Positions 47,703 through 57,121 of a stretch of DNA of 64,000 bases are shown piece by piece. A program made the position numbers and the translations under genes. The notes below the pieces were generated by a model. The model worked only from the letters and a program-made list of their open reading frames with translations. It ran no database searches and had not been told where the DNA came from. The stretch lies in the NCBI GenBank assembly GCA_963764715.1, contig CAVXTP010000022.1, positions 275,735 to 339,734 of the forward strand, given 5' to 3'. Every line of letters starts with the position of its first letter. Position 1 is the first letter of the stretch. Source of the DNA: an uncultured Acidobacteriota bacterium. Its GTDB lineage: Bacteria > Acidobacteriota > Thermoanaerobaculia > UBA5066 > Gp7-AA6.

Positions 47703-48652
47703 TCCTCGGCGGCGCCGCCCGCCCGGGCGAGCTGCTCGGGCTTGACGGACTCCGCCTTGAACTTCCTGGCCGAGGCCAGCATCTTGTCGAGCGTCTCGTC
47801 GAAGTCGGCCTTCGCGCCCCGCTGGAACCGGAGCGGGTTGATGCGCGCGACGACGAAGGTCCGCAGGTACGGGCTGTCGAAGCCCTTCTCCTTGAGCGCC
47901 TTCATCGCGGCCGCGACGGCCTCCTCGAGCTCCATGAGCCTCGCCGCGCGTTCGGCCCGGACCTCGAGCGACTTCGCGAGCGGCTTGGCGAGAAACGCGT
48001 CGACGCGCTTCAGGAGCGGATGGTAGGCGCCGCCGGCGAAGCGGCCGTTCTTCTCGTAACAGACGCCGAGCGTCAGGAACGCGGCCTCCTCGAACTCGAG
48101 CGCGTAGTCCTTCTCGGCGAGATCGCCGGCGGCGAGGTCGCGCGCCATGCGGATGACCTCGAGCGACTTCTCCCGGAGGTTGTGGGCCTTCTCGGTGTTC
48201 AAGGCCAGGATTTTGTAGGCGATCTCGGGCTCGGGGAGGACGAGCGCGGTGATGGAGCGGGCGCCGAGGTTGCGTAGCGCCGCGAGGCGGTGGTGCCCGT
48301 TGGGCGTCCGGTACACGCCGTCGCTTCCGCGCACCGCGATGATCGGGTCGAGGAAACGGCCGAGGGCGTCGATCACGCCCGTGAGGCGCTTGACGTGCGA
48401 CTCCGAGAGGTCACGCTGGAAGGCCGTCGGCTCGACCTTCTCGATGGGGAGCGAGGCGAGGAGCTGCCAGTGCCCGCCGAGAGGATCGCGGTAGAGCGCC
48501 AGGGCCGCGCCGCCGTCCCCGCGGACCGCGTCGGCGAGCGCCGCCGCCGCCGGGGGTGGCGTTCCCGCCGCCGCTTCGGCGGCTTCGAGGCCGCGGGACT
48601 TCGAGTCGGCCTTCTTGCGTCGCTTGCCGGCCATGCGAGCGGATGCTTTCAC
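47699..48652 (-). CDS. ParB/sulfiredoxin-like nuclease-domain protein
   Basis: ParB N-terminal-domain motifs RLTGVIDALGRFLDPIIAV and GHHRLAAL. Confidence 0.6.
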   Translation of the reverse strand: MKASARMAGKRRKKADSKSRGLEAAEAAAGTPPPAAAALADAVRGDGGAALALYRDPLGGHWQLLASLPIEKVEPTAFQRDLSESHVKRLTGVIDALGRFLDPIIAVRGSDGVYRTPNGHHRLAALRNLGARSITALVLPEPEIAYKILALNTEKAHNLREKSLEVIRMARDLAAGDLAEKDYALEFEEAAFLTLGVCYEKNGRFAGGAYHPLLKRVDAFLAKPLAKSLEVRAERAARLMELEEAVAAAMKALKEKGFDSPYLRTFVVARINPLRFQRGAKADFDETLDKMLASARKFKAESVKPEQLARAGGAAEE

Positions 48653-48688
48653 GGGTCGGCGGCCCGCGTCGAGGCCTCGTCGGAGCTT

Positions 48689-50896
48689 CTACCAGGCGAT
48701 CAGGCCGTCGGCCGCCTGCTCCTGCAGGTACCGTTCGACCATCGCCGGCGTCGTCTCCCCGTAGTACCACCAGCCGGCAGCGAGCGCCTCGGCGCAGACG
48801 CGTCGGGCGATCTCCGCGGCGTTCGTCCTGCCGTCGATCCAGGCCATGGCGGCCGTGCCCATGAGGGCCGAGAGCTTCGGGGAATCGTCGCCGGTCGGGA
48901 CGGGAGCGGTCTTCGCGCCGGCTTTCGGGTTCCGCCGCGCGGCCTCGGCGGCCTCCCGGCGCTCGCGCTCGGCGCGCTTGTCGGCGGCGCGTTTGTCGGC
49001 CACGCGCTTCTCGAGGGCCATCCACGCGTCGAGCGTCGTCACGGCGAAGCGGGGCGTCCGGGTCGCGAGGCGCGCGAGCACCGGGTCCTCCGCCGACGGG
49101 CGGGCCGGAAGGCGCGCGGCGAGGGCGGTTCCCGTCGCCCGGACGGCCTCGGCGCTCGCGGTGACCGCGGACCCGGAATCGGCCCCGATCGACCGGGCGG
49201 ACTCGACGGCCGCCGCCTCGATCCCGGCCGCGACCGCGAGGAGGTCCGCGGCCGCCCGCCGGCGCTCGTCGTCGGTGCCTTTTCCGTCGCGCAGCCAGGT
49301 CTGGGCGGCGGCGAGGTTCGCCGCCAGGCGCCCGCTTGCCCGCGCGGAGACGAAGGCCGCGAGGAACGGGACGTCCTTCGCGTCGGCGTTGGCGAGCCAC
49401 CAGGCCGTCGCCGCGACCACGAAGGCGTTGCGCTTCAACTGCGTCGGGTCGATCTGCCACAGGTCGTCCCCGGAGGAGTGGATGTACTCGTCCGGCCAGT
49501 TGGTCAGCGTCGTGCCGGGCACCTTCACCCATGGATCGTTGAACACGAGGTGGTCGGTCGAGTCGAAGTAGGGGACCGCCTTCGCGCGGTAGGGCTCCCG
49601 CGTTCCGAGGCGCGAAAGGATCGGCTTCGAGAAGGGCGAACCGGCCGGCGGCGTCTGCGCCTGCCAGGCGGCCAGGTACGCGTTGTTCCCCTCGACGACG
49701 GCTTCGAGGATGCTCTGCTGGACGTCGGAGAGGAAGGACGGCCGAGACCACGGCGTGCGGGCCATGTACTCCGTGCGGTGCCCGTCGGACTGCTTCGCGC
49801 CGACCATGTCCTGGTTGAGGTTGGCGAGGAACGTCTTCTCCTCGCCGGGATGGTCGGCAAAGTACCGGTACTCGGAATAGATCTCGTCGGCCCACCAGAA
49901 GCGGATCCCGCGGCGGGGGCGGGGGAGCTTGCCGTCGGCGATCAGCCGCGTCAGCGCGCGGCCGATCTCGAGCACGTTCGCGACGCCGGACTGGTCGTCG
50001 TTGGCCGAGAACTTCTCCTCCTGGAGGTGCGCCGTCAGGACGATCTCCGGGAGCGAGGGATCGGTGCCCGGGATGCGCGCCTCGACCATCGCGGTCTTGC
50101 GCTCGGGCAGGACGACCGAGTCGATCGCGACGCGGACGTTCATGGGCTGCGGGGGCTTCGCCTCGCCCGCGCCCCAGCGACGCGCTTCCTCGCCCCGCAT
50201 CCGGTCGGACAGGGCCTTGCCCTGGCGGGCCGAAATCACGATCGCGAAGGTCGTCTTCTCGCCCTTCGGGCCGTCGTGGTCGGGGACCGAGGTCCATCCG
50301 ACCTGGTCGGCCGAGTCGGCGAGGGCGTTGAGGCGCGAAGAGGACCACGAGAGGATCCCCGCCGCCCCGCGCTTCCAGACGGCCTGCTCCATGACGAGCC
50401 CGACGCTGCCGTAGGCCAGGACGATCCTGCCGCGCACGTCCTTGCCGGTGTAGTCGGCCGGGGTCTCGCCCGCGCCCACGTCGACGAGCTCGGCCGTGAC
50501 GGACGCCGGTCGGGAGTTGTCGGCGATCGACGTCGCGACCTCGGCATAGGACGCGATCTTCGTTTCGACCTGGCTCCCGGAAGGGCCCTCGAGAAGCCAG
50601 GCCTCGGCGCTCCGGCAGGTCCAGTTGGGCTCCTGTGCGACCTGGTCGATCCAGCGGACGTTCTGGAGCCCCGCCGCCTTCGCCCGGGCTTCGACCTCGC
50701 GGGCGACCGCGAAGAACCCCTCCGAGCCGGAGGGCTTGTGCCACTGCGTCGTGATGCGGAGGGTCTCGAAGGCGAGGTCGCCCGAGAGCTCGTTGACGAG
50801 CGCCCGTTCGGTCTTCGCGTCGACGAAGGGCGAGCTCTGGGCGAGACCGACGACGGGCAGGAGGATGGCGAGGATACCGAGGACCGTCTTACGCAT
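48689..50896 (-). CDS. M28-family metallopeptidase with PA domain, secreted
   Basis: 735 aa, signal peptide MRKTVLGILAILLPVVGLA. Confidence 0.7.
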   Translation of the reverse strand: MRKTVLGILAILLPVVGLAQSSPFVDAKTERALVNELSGDLAFETLRITTQWHKPSGSEGFFAVAREVEARAKAAGLQNVRWIDQVAQEPNWTCRSAEAWLLEGPSGSQVETKIASYAEVATSIADNSRPASVTAELVDVGAGETPADYTGKDVRGRIVLAYGSVGLVMEQAVWKRGAAGILSWSSSRLNALADSADQVGWTSVPDHDGPKGEKTTFAIVISARQGKALSDRMRGEEARRWGAGEAKPPQPMNVRVAIDSVVLPERKTAMVEARIPGTDPSLPEIVLTAHLQEEKFSANDDQSGVANVLEIGRALTRLIADGKLPRPRRGIRFWWADEIYSEYRYFADHPGEEKTFLANLNQDMVGAKQSDGHRTEYMARTPWSRPSFLSDVQQSILEAVVEGNNAYLAAWQAQTPPAGSPFSKPILSRLGTREPYRAKAVPYFDSTDHLVFNDPWVKVPGTTLTNWPDEYIHSSGDDLWQIDPTQLKRNAFVVAATAWWLANADAKDVPFLAAFVSARASGRLAANLAAAQTWLRDGKGTDDERRRAAADLLAVAAGIEAAAVESARSIGADSGSAVTASAEAVRATGTALAARLPARPSAEDPVLARLATRTPRFAVTTLDAWMALEKRVADKRAADKRAERERREAAEAARRNPKAGAKTAPVPTGDDSPKLSALMGTAAMAWIDGRTNAAEIARRVCAEALAAGWWYYGETTPAMVERYLQEQAADGLIAW

Positions 50897-50965
50897 GTTC
50901 GCTCCGCTTCAAGATTGTCTGGGCGCGAACTCTACCCCACGTCCCCGGCGGGCGGACGGTGTGCG

Positions 50966-52024
50966 TCAGCGCATCTTGATCTGCGCGTAGGCGCCCTTGA
51001 CGACCCCGTCGAAGGTGCCGTCGAAGGCCTCGCCCTCCTCGACGCTCGTGCCGGCGAACCGCGTGCGCCAGGCCTCGACGTCGAAGCTCTTCGGGAAACC
51101 GTCCTGCACTTCCTCGAGCGTCCTGCCGGCGTCGACTTCCTTCTCCATGGCGGCGTCGACGGCCTCGAGAAACTCGGCGACCTGGAAGACGTACGCCTTG
51201 TCCCGCAGGATCTCGCCGTGGCCAGGCACGATCGTCTGCGCGTCGAGCTCGGCCATCGCCCGGAGCGTCTTCGGATGGTCGACCGGGAATCCGCCGAAGA
51301 GGTACGGAACCGGGTGCACCAGGAGGTCGCCCGTGATCAGGATCTTCTCCTTCGGAAGGTACGCGATGGCGTCGCCCGCCGTGTTGCCGCGGCCGAGGAA
51401 CCGGAGCTCGACCAGGCGGTTTCCGAGGTCGATCGCGAGCTCCTTGTCGAACGCGACGTTCGGCGGGACCTGGACCGCGTCGCGGAACTCGGCCACGACC
51501 GGAGCGAGGCCGGCGAGCGAGCGCTCGTAGTCCTTGCGGTCGCCCTCCGAGAGGGGCCGGCCGTCGGGCCCCTTTCCCGAATCGAGGATCTTGCGGAAGC
51601 GCTCGGCGCGCGACGGATAGCGCACCAGGACGCCCGGGTTATAGCCGGCGATCGTCCGCTGGGTCGGCCGCGTCGCGACGATCTGGACGGCCGGGAAGGC
51701 CGCCCGGTAGGTCGCGTTTCCGAGCGTGTGGTCGAAGTGCCAGTGGGTGTTGAGGAGCCAGGTCACGGGCTTGTCGGTCCACTCGTGGATCTGCGCGACG
51801 TCCTCCCGCGCGGTCGAGGGCAGGAGGGCCGAGTCGACGACGAGGACGCCGCGGTCCCCGATCACGACCGTCGTGTTGCTCTGGGGGAAGGTGTCGGGAG
51901 CGTCCGGGTGGCGGATCTCGTAGACGCCGTCGGCGAGCTTCGTGACGGTCCGGGTCTTCGTCGCGGTCGTGTCGGCCCGCAGAACGGCCGCGGCGGACAG
52001 GAGCAGCAGGAAAGCGCGTTTCAT
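50966..52024 (-). CDS. MBL-fold metallo-hydrolase, secreted
   Basis: HWHFDH motif; start MKRAFLLLLSAAAV. Confidence 0.75.
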   Translation of the reverse strand: MKRAFLLLLSAAAVLRADTTATKTRTVTKLADGVYEIRHPDAPDTFPQSNTTVVIGDRGVLVVDSALLPSTAREDVAQIHEWTDKPVTWLLNTHWHFDHTLGNATYRAAFPAVQIVATRPTQRTIAGYNPGVLVRYPSRAERFRKILDSGKGPDGRPLSEGDRKDYERSLAGLAPVVAEFRDAVQVPPNVAFDKELAIDLGNRLVELRFLGRGNTAGDAIAYLPKEKILITGDLLVHPVPYLFGGFPVDHPKTLRAMAELDAQTIVPGHGEILRDKAYVFQVAEFLEAVDAAMEKEVDAGRTLEEVQDGFPKSFDVEAWRTRFAGTSVEEGEAFDGTFDGVVKGAYAQIKMR

Positions 52025-52124
52025 CTTTCGTCCCCTCTCGAACGGCATCGGCCGCCCGAATCCTGGACGAGTCACCGCCCCTGCGCGCCGTCTTCGGGAC
52101 GAACCCTCCGTTCGGAGCGTCGAG

Positions 52125-53999
52125 TCAGTCGAGCGTCAGGATGAGGAGGGTGCGGTCGTCGTCGGCCGGCCGGTCCCCGGTGTGGGCGCGGAGCGCCGCG
52201 AGCAGGGCGTCGCGCATCGCCGCGGCTCCGTCGGCGGCGTGCCGGGCGAGCAGCGCTTCGAGCCGTTCGAAGCCGAAGGCTTCGTCGTCTCCGTCCACGG
52301 CCTCGACGAAGCCGTCGGTGAGGAATACGACGAGGTCGCCGGCGCTGAACGGGTACTCCTGCGTCGGGAACGTTCGGTCGGGAAATAGGCCGAGGGGCAG
52401 CCCCGGGAGCGAAAGCGATGCGACGCGCCCGTTCGATATCCGGTAGGGAGCCAGCTGCCCGGCGTTCGTCAGTCGGCCGCGTCGGGTCGCAGGATCGTAG
52501 GCGAGCAGGGCCAGGGTCATGAAATGCCGGGGGTCCGTCGAGCGGTGGATGAGCTCGTTCATCCGGCCGAAGAGCTCGCCGTCCCGATGCCCGGCTTCGA
52601 GCAGCGTCGACAGGCCGGCTTTCGCCATGGCCACCAGGAGTCCGGTGGGGAGGCCGTGCCCCGAAACGTCGCCGAGGGCGATCGCGGTGCGGCCGTCGCC
52701 CATCGGGAGATAGTCGTAATAGTCCCCGCCGATCTCGGCGACCGGCTCGAAATGCGCGAGGACCTGGAATCCCGGCAGCGCGGCCTCAGGGGGAGGCAGG
52801 AGATTGTGCTGGATCGTCCGCGCGATGGCGATCTCGCTCTGGAGTCGCTCCTTCTCGGCGGTCTCCACGAGCAGCTTCTGGATCGATTCCGCCATCCCGT
52901 CGAACGAGCGGGCCAGGTCGCCGATCTGGTCCCGGGACTTCGACTGGATCCGAATGGAGAAGTCGCCGCGGGCGATCGCGCCGGCGGCGCGGGTGAGGCG
53001 GTTGACGTTCCGCACGAGCGAGCCGACGAGCACGAAGGCGATCGCCAGGGCGGCGAGGTAAACGACGAGGAGGATCCCCGAGACCGACACGAACGCGATC
53101 CGGAAGGCGCGGTGGATTTCGGCGACGCCCTGCGAGAAGAGCTGCGAGAAGAGCAGGCGGGGCGAGGTCTTCGCCGTCAGGATCGCGACGTCGTAACGGG
53201 GTCCCTCCGGGGCGTCGAGCACCGTCTCGAGGTAGAAGGCGTGGATCCACTCGCGATTCCAGAGGCCCTCGCCGGGCGGAGGGGCTGCCTGGGGCCGGCG
53301 GTCCGCGATTTCCTGGACCCGGGACTCCTTCGGCGGCGGCGTCCTGGTCCGGACCTCGAATCCCTGGTTGTCCTCGGAGGCCTGCTCCGCCTCGGCGCCG
53401 ACCTCGTACCCGGTCCGGTCGGCCAGCTCCTGGAGCCACGGAGCGGCCGGATCGGACAGCTCGAGGAGCCGCGCCTCTCCCCGGCGGTCCGACGGCACCG
53501 CGAGCCACAACCGGTCGCCGGACACGAGGAACCCGGGCCGGGCGAGGGCTTCGACCCACGGCGCCGGATCGCCCTTCTTGAGCCAGGGCACTCCCGAGGC
53601 GGTCACGTGGCCCGACGGGGCGCTCACCGCCGGAAGGTCGGCGCGCCGCGCCGCGGCGGCCTCGCCGACGGCGGTGATCTCGCGCCGCAGCCGGTTCGCC
53701 ATGTACTGGTGGGCGACGATGTACGAGGCCAGCGAGAGGAGGACCGCGACGAGCGGGATCGGCACGACGCCGATGAGAAAGTAGGAGAAGGCCAGCCGCA
53801 GCGCCGTCCGGCGCACGACCACGCGGAAGAGGGCGACCGCGCCCCGCCCGAGCAGCACGAGGCACGCCACGCCGGCGGCGACCGTGAGGAGGGCCGGCGC
53901 GCACCCGGCATCGGGGCTCACGCGATGCAGAATCGCCGCGCCGGCCGCGGAGACGGCGAAGACGCCGAGCCAGACGCGCGTCGATTTCTTGAGGGACAC
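52125..53999 (-). CDS. membrane sensor phosphatase: 2 TM + HAMP + PP2C/SpoIIE domain
   Basis: 624 aa; HAMP (RLTRAAGAIARGDFSIRI); PP2C blocks GGDYYDY, GDVSGHGL, FLTDG. Confidence 0.8.
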   Translation of the reverse strand: MSLKKSTRVWLGVFAVSAAGAAILHRVSPDAGCAPALLTVAAGVACLVLLGRGAVALFRVVVRRTALRLAFSYFLIGVVPIPLVAVLLSLASYIVAHQYMANRLRREITAVGEAAAARRADLPAVSAPSGHVTASGVPWLKKGDPAPWVEALARPGFLVSGDRLWLAVPSDRRGEARLLELSDPAAPWLQELADRTGYEVGAEAEQASEDNQGFEVRTRTPPPKESRVQEIADRRPQAAPPPGEGLWNREWIHAFYLETVLDAPEGPRYDVAILTAKTSPRLLFSQLFSQGVAEIHRAFRIAFVSVSGILLVVYLAALAIAFVLVGSLVRNVNRLTRAAGAIARGDFSIRIQSKSRDQIGDLARSFDGMAESIQKLLVETAEKERLQSEIAIARTIQHNLLPPPEAALPGFQVLAHFEPVAEIGGDYYDYLPMGDGRTAIALGDVSGHGLPTGLLVAMAKAGLSTLLEAGHRDGELFGRMNELIHRSTDPRHFMTLALLAYDPATRRGRLTNAGQLAPYRISNGRVASLSLPGLPLGLFPDRTFPTQEYPFSAGDLVVFLTDGFVEAVDGDDEAFGFERLEALLARHAADGAAAMRDALLAALRAHTGDRPADDDRTLLILTLD

Positions 54000-54043
54000 C
54001 GCGGGCGCATTGTAGCGAGGAGCGGTTTCCGCCTTCGGCTACA

Positions 54044-54565
54044 ATGGGACGGGTAGTGAGGTTTCTTCGGCAAGCCGCCCTGCTCCTCCCCTCGGCTTTC
54101 CTCCTCGACGTGCTCGTTTTCCTGCTGACCCACGGCCGCAAGGACCCGGGCTTCGGCACGTATCCCTTCTTCCAGGAGTGGCTGGGAGACCGGGTCGCCG
54201 GCGCCGCCCCGGAGCTGCGCTTCCTCGAGCAGGCGGCCGTCTTCTTCGTGCCGGCGTACGTCCTGTCGCTCCTCTTCATCCTCGCGATCGCCGTGGCGGA
54301 GCGCGCGCTGTTCGGTCCCCGGAAGGTCCGCCCGAGCGGCGGCTTCGGACGGGCGTTCGCGACGACCTACCCGGCCTTCTTTCTCGTGGGCAGCGCCGTC
54401 GTCATGTGGATGGCCGAGCGCGCGGCGCTCCGGCAGGCCCCGGGGGCGCTCGTCGCGCCCCTCATCGCGGCCGCAGCGCCCTTCGCCGGCGCGGCCCTCG
54501 CCATCGCGCCGGCCGCGGTCCTCGCCGGACCGGTCGCGCTTCTTTCGAAAGTGAGCCCGGCATGA
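54044..54565 (+). CDS. hypothetical membrane protein
   Basis: 173 aa, 4 hydrophobic helices; stop overlaps guaA ATG. Confidence 0.5.
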   Translation: MGRVVRFLRQAALLLPSAFLLDVLVFLLTHGRKDPGFGTYPFFQEWLGDRVAGAAPELRFLEQAAVFFVPAYVLSLLFILAIAVAERALFGPRKVRPSGGFGRAFATTYPAFFLVGSAVVMWMAERAALRQAPGALVAPLIAAAAPFAGAALAIAPAAVLAGPVALLSKVSPA

Positions 54566-56097
54566 GCTCCCCGCGGTCCATCGTCATCCTCGACTTCGGC
54601 GGCCAGTACACGCAGCTGATCGCCCGGCGTGTTCGCGACGCCCGCGTCTTCTCGGTCGTCCTGCCGCCGGGCGCCTCGGCCGAGGAGATCCGGCGCTGGA
54701 ACCCCGCGGGCATCATCCTGTCGGGCGGGCCGCAGAGCGTGTACGAGCCCGACGCGCCGAGGCCCTCGGGCGACCCGACGAGCCTCGGCGTTCCGGTCCT
54801 GGGCCTCTGCTACGGCATGCAGTGGCTGGCGCAGGCGGCGGGGGGAGAGGTCGCCAACGAGGGCCGCGAGTACGGGCGCGCCGTGGCGCGGCTGGCGGTC
54901 GATTCGGATCTCTTCGCCGGCCTCGAGCCCGAGCAGACCGTGTGGATGAACCACGGGGACTCGGTCGTCGCTCCGCCGTCGGGATTCCGCGTCATCGCGT
55001 CGACGCCGACGACGCCGCTCGCGGGCTTCGAGAACCCGGCGCGGCGCGTCTGGGCCATCCAGTTCCATCCCGAGGTCCGGCACACGGTCCACGGGACCGA
55101 GGTCCTCGAGAACTTCCTCTTCCGGATCTGCAAGGTCGAGCCGAGCTGGACCATGGAGGGCTTCCGCCACGAGAAGGTGGAGGCGATCCGCCGCCAGGCG
55201 CCGACGGGAGCGGTCATCTGCGCCCTCTCGGGGGGAGTCGATTCGTCGGTGACGGCGATCCTGCTCCGCGAGGCGCTCGGGGACCGCGTCCACCCGATCC
55301 TCGTCGACCACGGCCTGATGCGCGCCCACGAGCGCCGGCAGGTCGTCGAGGCGTTCGCGCGCCTCGGGATCCGCGTGCACGCGGTCGATGCCGGGGACCT
55401 CTTCCTGTCGCGCCTTTCCGGCGTGACCGATCCCGAGGAGAAGCGCAAGATCATCGGACGGACCTTCATCGACGTCTTCGAGAAGGAAGCGAAGTCGATC
55501 CCCGACGCCCGATACCTGGCGCAGGGCACGCTCTATCCCGACGTCATCGAGTCGGTGTCGATCAAGGGGCCGTCGGCCGTCATCAAGACCCATCACAACG
55601 TCGGCGGTCTTCCCGAGCGGCTCGGCTTCGAGCTGATCGAGCCCGTCCGCGAGCTCTTCAAGGACGAGGTCCGACTGCTCGGCGCGGAGCTCGGGCTGCC
55701 GCGGGAGTTCCTCGCGCGCCATCCTTTCCCGGGGCCGGGCCTGGCGGTGCGGATACCGGGCGAGGTCACGCGCGAGAAGGTCGCGATCCTTCAGAAGGCG
55801 GACGAGATCGTCCTCGACGAGATCCGGCGAGCCGGCCTCTACGACGCGATCTCGCAGGCCTTCGCCGTTCTCCTGCCGGTCAAGTCCGTGGGCGTGATGG
55901 GCGACGGCCGGACCCACGAGTTCGTTCTGGCGGTGCGCGCCGTCCAGACGAGCGACTTCATGACGGCCGACTGGTTCCGGATGCCCCACGAAGTGCTCGA
56001 CGCGATCGCGAGCCGGGTCGTGTCGAGCGTGCGCGGCATCAACCGCGTCGTCTACGACATCACGTCGAAGCCCCCGGCCACGATCGAGTGGGAGTAG
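54562..56097 (+). CDS. guaA: GMP synthase (glutamine-hydrolysing)
   Basis: GATase catalytic Cys (LGLCYGMQ), ATP-PPase SGGVDSS, conserved C-terminal dimerisation domain ...KPPATIEWE. Confidence 0.9.
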   Translation: MSSPRSIVILDFGGQYTQLIARRVRDARVFSVVLPPGASAEEIRRWNPAGIILSGGPQSVYEPDAPRPSGDPTSLGVPVLGLCYGMQWLAQAAGGEVANEGREYGRAVARLAVDSDLFAGLEPEQTVWMNHGDSVVAPPSGFRVIASTPTTPLAGFENPARRVWAIQFHPEVRHTVHGTEVLENFLFRICKVEPSWTMEGFRHEKVEAIRRQAPTGAVICALSGGVDSSVTAILLREALGDRVHPILVDHGLMRAHERRQVVEAFARLGIRVHAVDAGDLFLSRLSGVTDPEEKRKIIGRTFIDVFEKEAKSIPDARYLAQGTLYPDVIESVSIKGPSAVIKTHHNVGGLPERLGFELIEPVRELFKDEVRLLGAELGLPREFLARHPFPGPGLAVRIPGEVTREKVAILQKADEIVLDEIRRAGLYDAISQAFAVLLPVKSVGVMGDGRTHEFVLAVRAVQTSDFMTADWFRMPHEVLDAIASRVVSSVRGINRVVYDITSKPPATIEWE

Positions 56098-56198
56098 CAA
56101 CAGTGGGGTCTGACGTGCATTTCGCGAACCCCCGGAGGACGTCTTCGAAGCCCCGAAATGCAGGTCTGACCCCAGGCGCCCTTTGACTCAAAGAGAAA

Positions 56199-56220
56199 AG
56201 GGCCCGCGAAAGCGGGCCCT
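56199..56220. terminator. GC-rich hairpin GGGCCCGC-GAAA-GCGGGCCC flanked by A/T runs; intrinsic terminator between convergent guaA and lipoprotein gene
   Basis: Perfect 8-bp stem and GNRA-like loop read directly; aaagagaaaa on the plus strand gives a U-tract for the minus-strand transcript. Confidence 0.5.
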
Positions 56221-56244
56221 TCGAGCTTCCAAAGCGAAACCCCG

Positions 56245-56844
56245 CTACTTCGCCGCGGGGGCGGCGCCTCCCGAGGCGTTCATTCCGAGCTGACCCATGG
56301 CATCCGTCGCCTTGGCCTTGGCCGCGCTCGCCTTGGCGATCGCGTCGGTCCAGTTGCCCGCGGCCTGCGCCGTCTGCGCCTCGGCCCAGCCCGTCGTGGC
56401 CGCCGCGAGACCGTCCTTGGCGGCCGTCAGCTTCGCCGCGTCGAGGCCCTTCGGGAGCTTCTTCGACTGGGAGAGGATGTCGACCCGGCTCTTGAGCGCC
56501 TCGATCATCTTCGGCACGTCGGCGAGGGCGTTCCACTGGGCCGCGAGCTCGTCCTTCTTCGCCTTGGCCTTGGCGAGCACGTCGTTGGCCTTCTGCTGGA
56601 CCGAGGTTGCCCCGGCGAGCGCGCCCTTGTAGTCGCCCTTCGCGAAGGCGTCCTTGGCGGCGGCCAGGTCGTCCGAGAGCGACTTGAAGTCGTCGGGCAC
56701 GAGGCGCTCGGCCTCGGCGCGGGCGCCGTTGACGGCCTCGTCGGCGAGCTTGAGCGCCGCCTCGGCGGGCGCCTTGCCGCTGTTGCAGGCGACCGCCAGG
56801 ACGCAGGCGGCGACGGCGAGATACTTCCAGGACCGTTTGAGCAT
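56245..56844 (-). CDS. Ala/Lys-rich lipoprotein (lipobox LAVAC)
   Basis: Start MLKRSWKYLAVAACVLAVAC with GGAGA RBS. Confidence 0.55.
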   Translation of the reverse strand: MLKRSWKYLAVAACVLAVACNSGKAPAEAALKLADEAVNGARAEAERLVPDDFKSLSDDLAAAKDAFAKGDYKGALAGATSVQQKANDVLAKAKAKKDELAAQWNALADVPKMIEALKSRVDILSQSKKLPKGLDAAKLTAAKDGLAAATTGWAEAQTAQAAGNWTDAIAKASAAKAKATDAMGQLGMNASGGAAPAAK

Positions 56845-56879
56845 GGTGTCTCCTTTTTCTTCTTGCACGCTGAATGCGC

Positions 56880-57113
56880 TCAGACCTTCTTCGAAAGATC
56901 GGGTGGACGGACGTTTCCAACGCTTTCGCGGGGAGCCCGGCGATCCTTCCACAGCCCGAAGATCGCGGTCAGGGACGCGAGGACGATCTCGTCGACGAAC
57001 GGGATCACGTCCGGGACGAGGAAGTCCGCCAGGGTCACCGTGAGCAGAATGAGAAAGAGCGCGGGATATCGCAGGCCGAGCCGGCGAAATGCGCGGACGA
57101 GCGCGCCCGGCAT
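56880..57113 (-). CDS. small membrane protein, DUF1232/YkvA-like
   Basis: 77 aa MPGALVRAF...; motif FLVPDVIPFVDEIV resembles the D-x-IPD-x-IP-x-xG-xxDD core of DUF1232. Confidence 0.45.
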   Translation of the reverse strand: MPGALVRAFRRLGLRYPALFLILLTVTLADFLVPDVIPFVDEIVLASLTAIFGLWKDRRAPRESVGNVRPPDLSKKV

Positions 57114-57121
57114 CCGTCGGC

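Noticed and set aside
48290-52144. 1284-aa plus-strand ORF
   Set aside because: Antisense to the M28 peptidase and MBL hydrolase genes; the translation is R/G/D/E-rich with no motifs.
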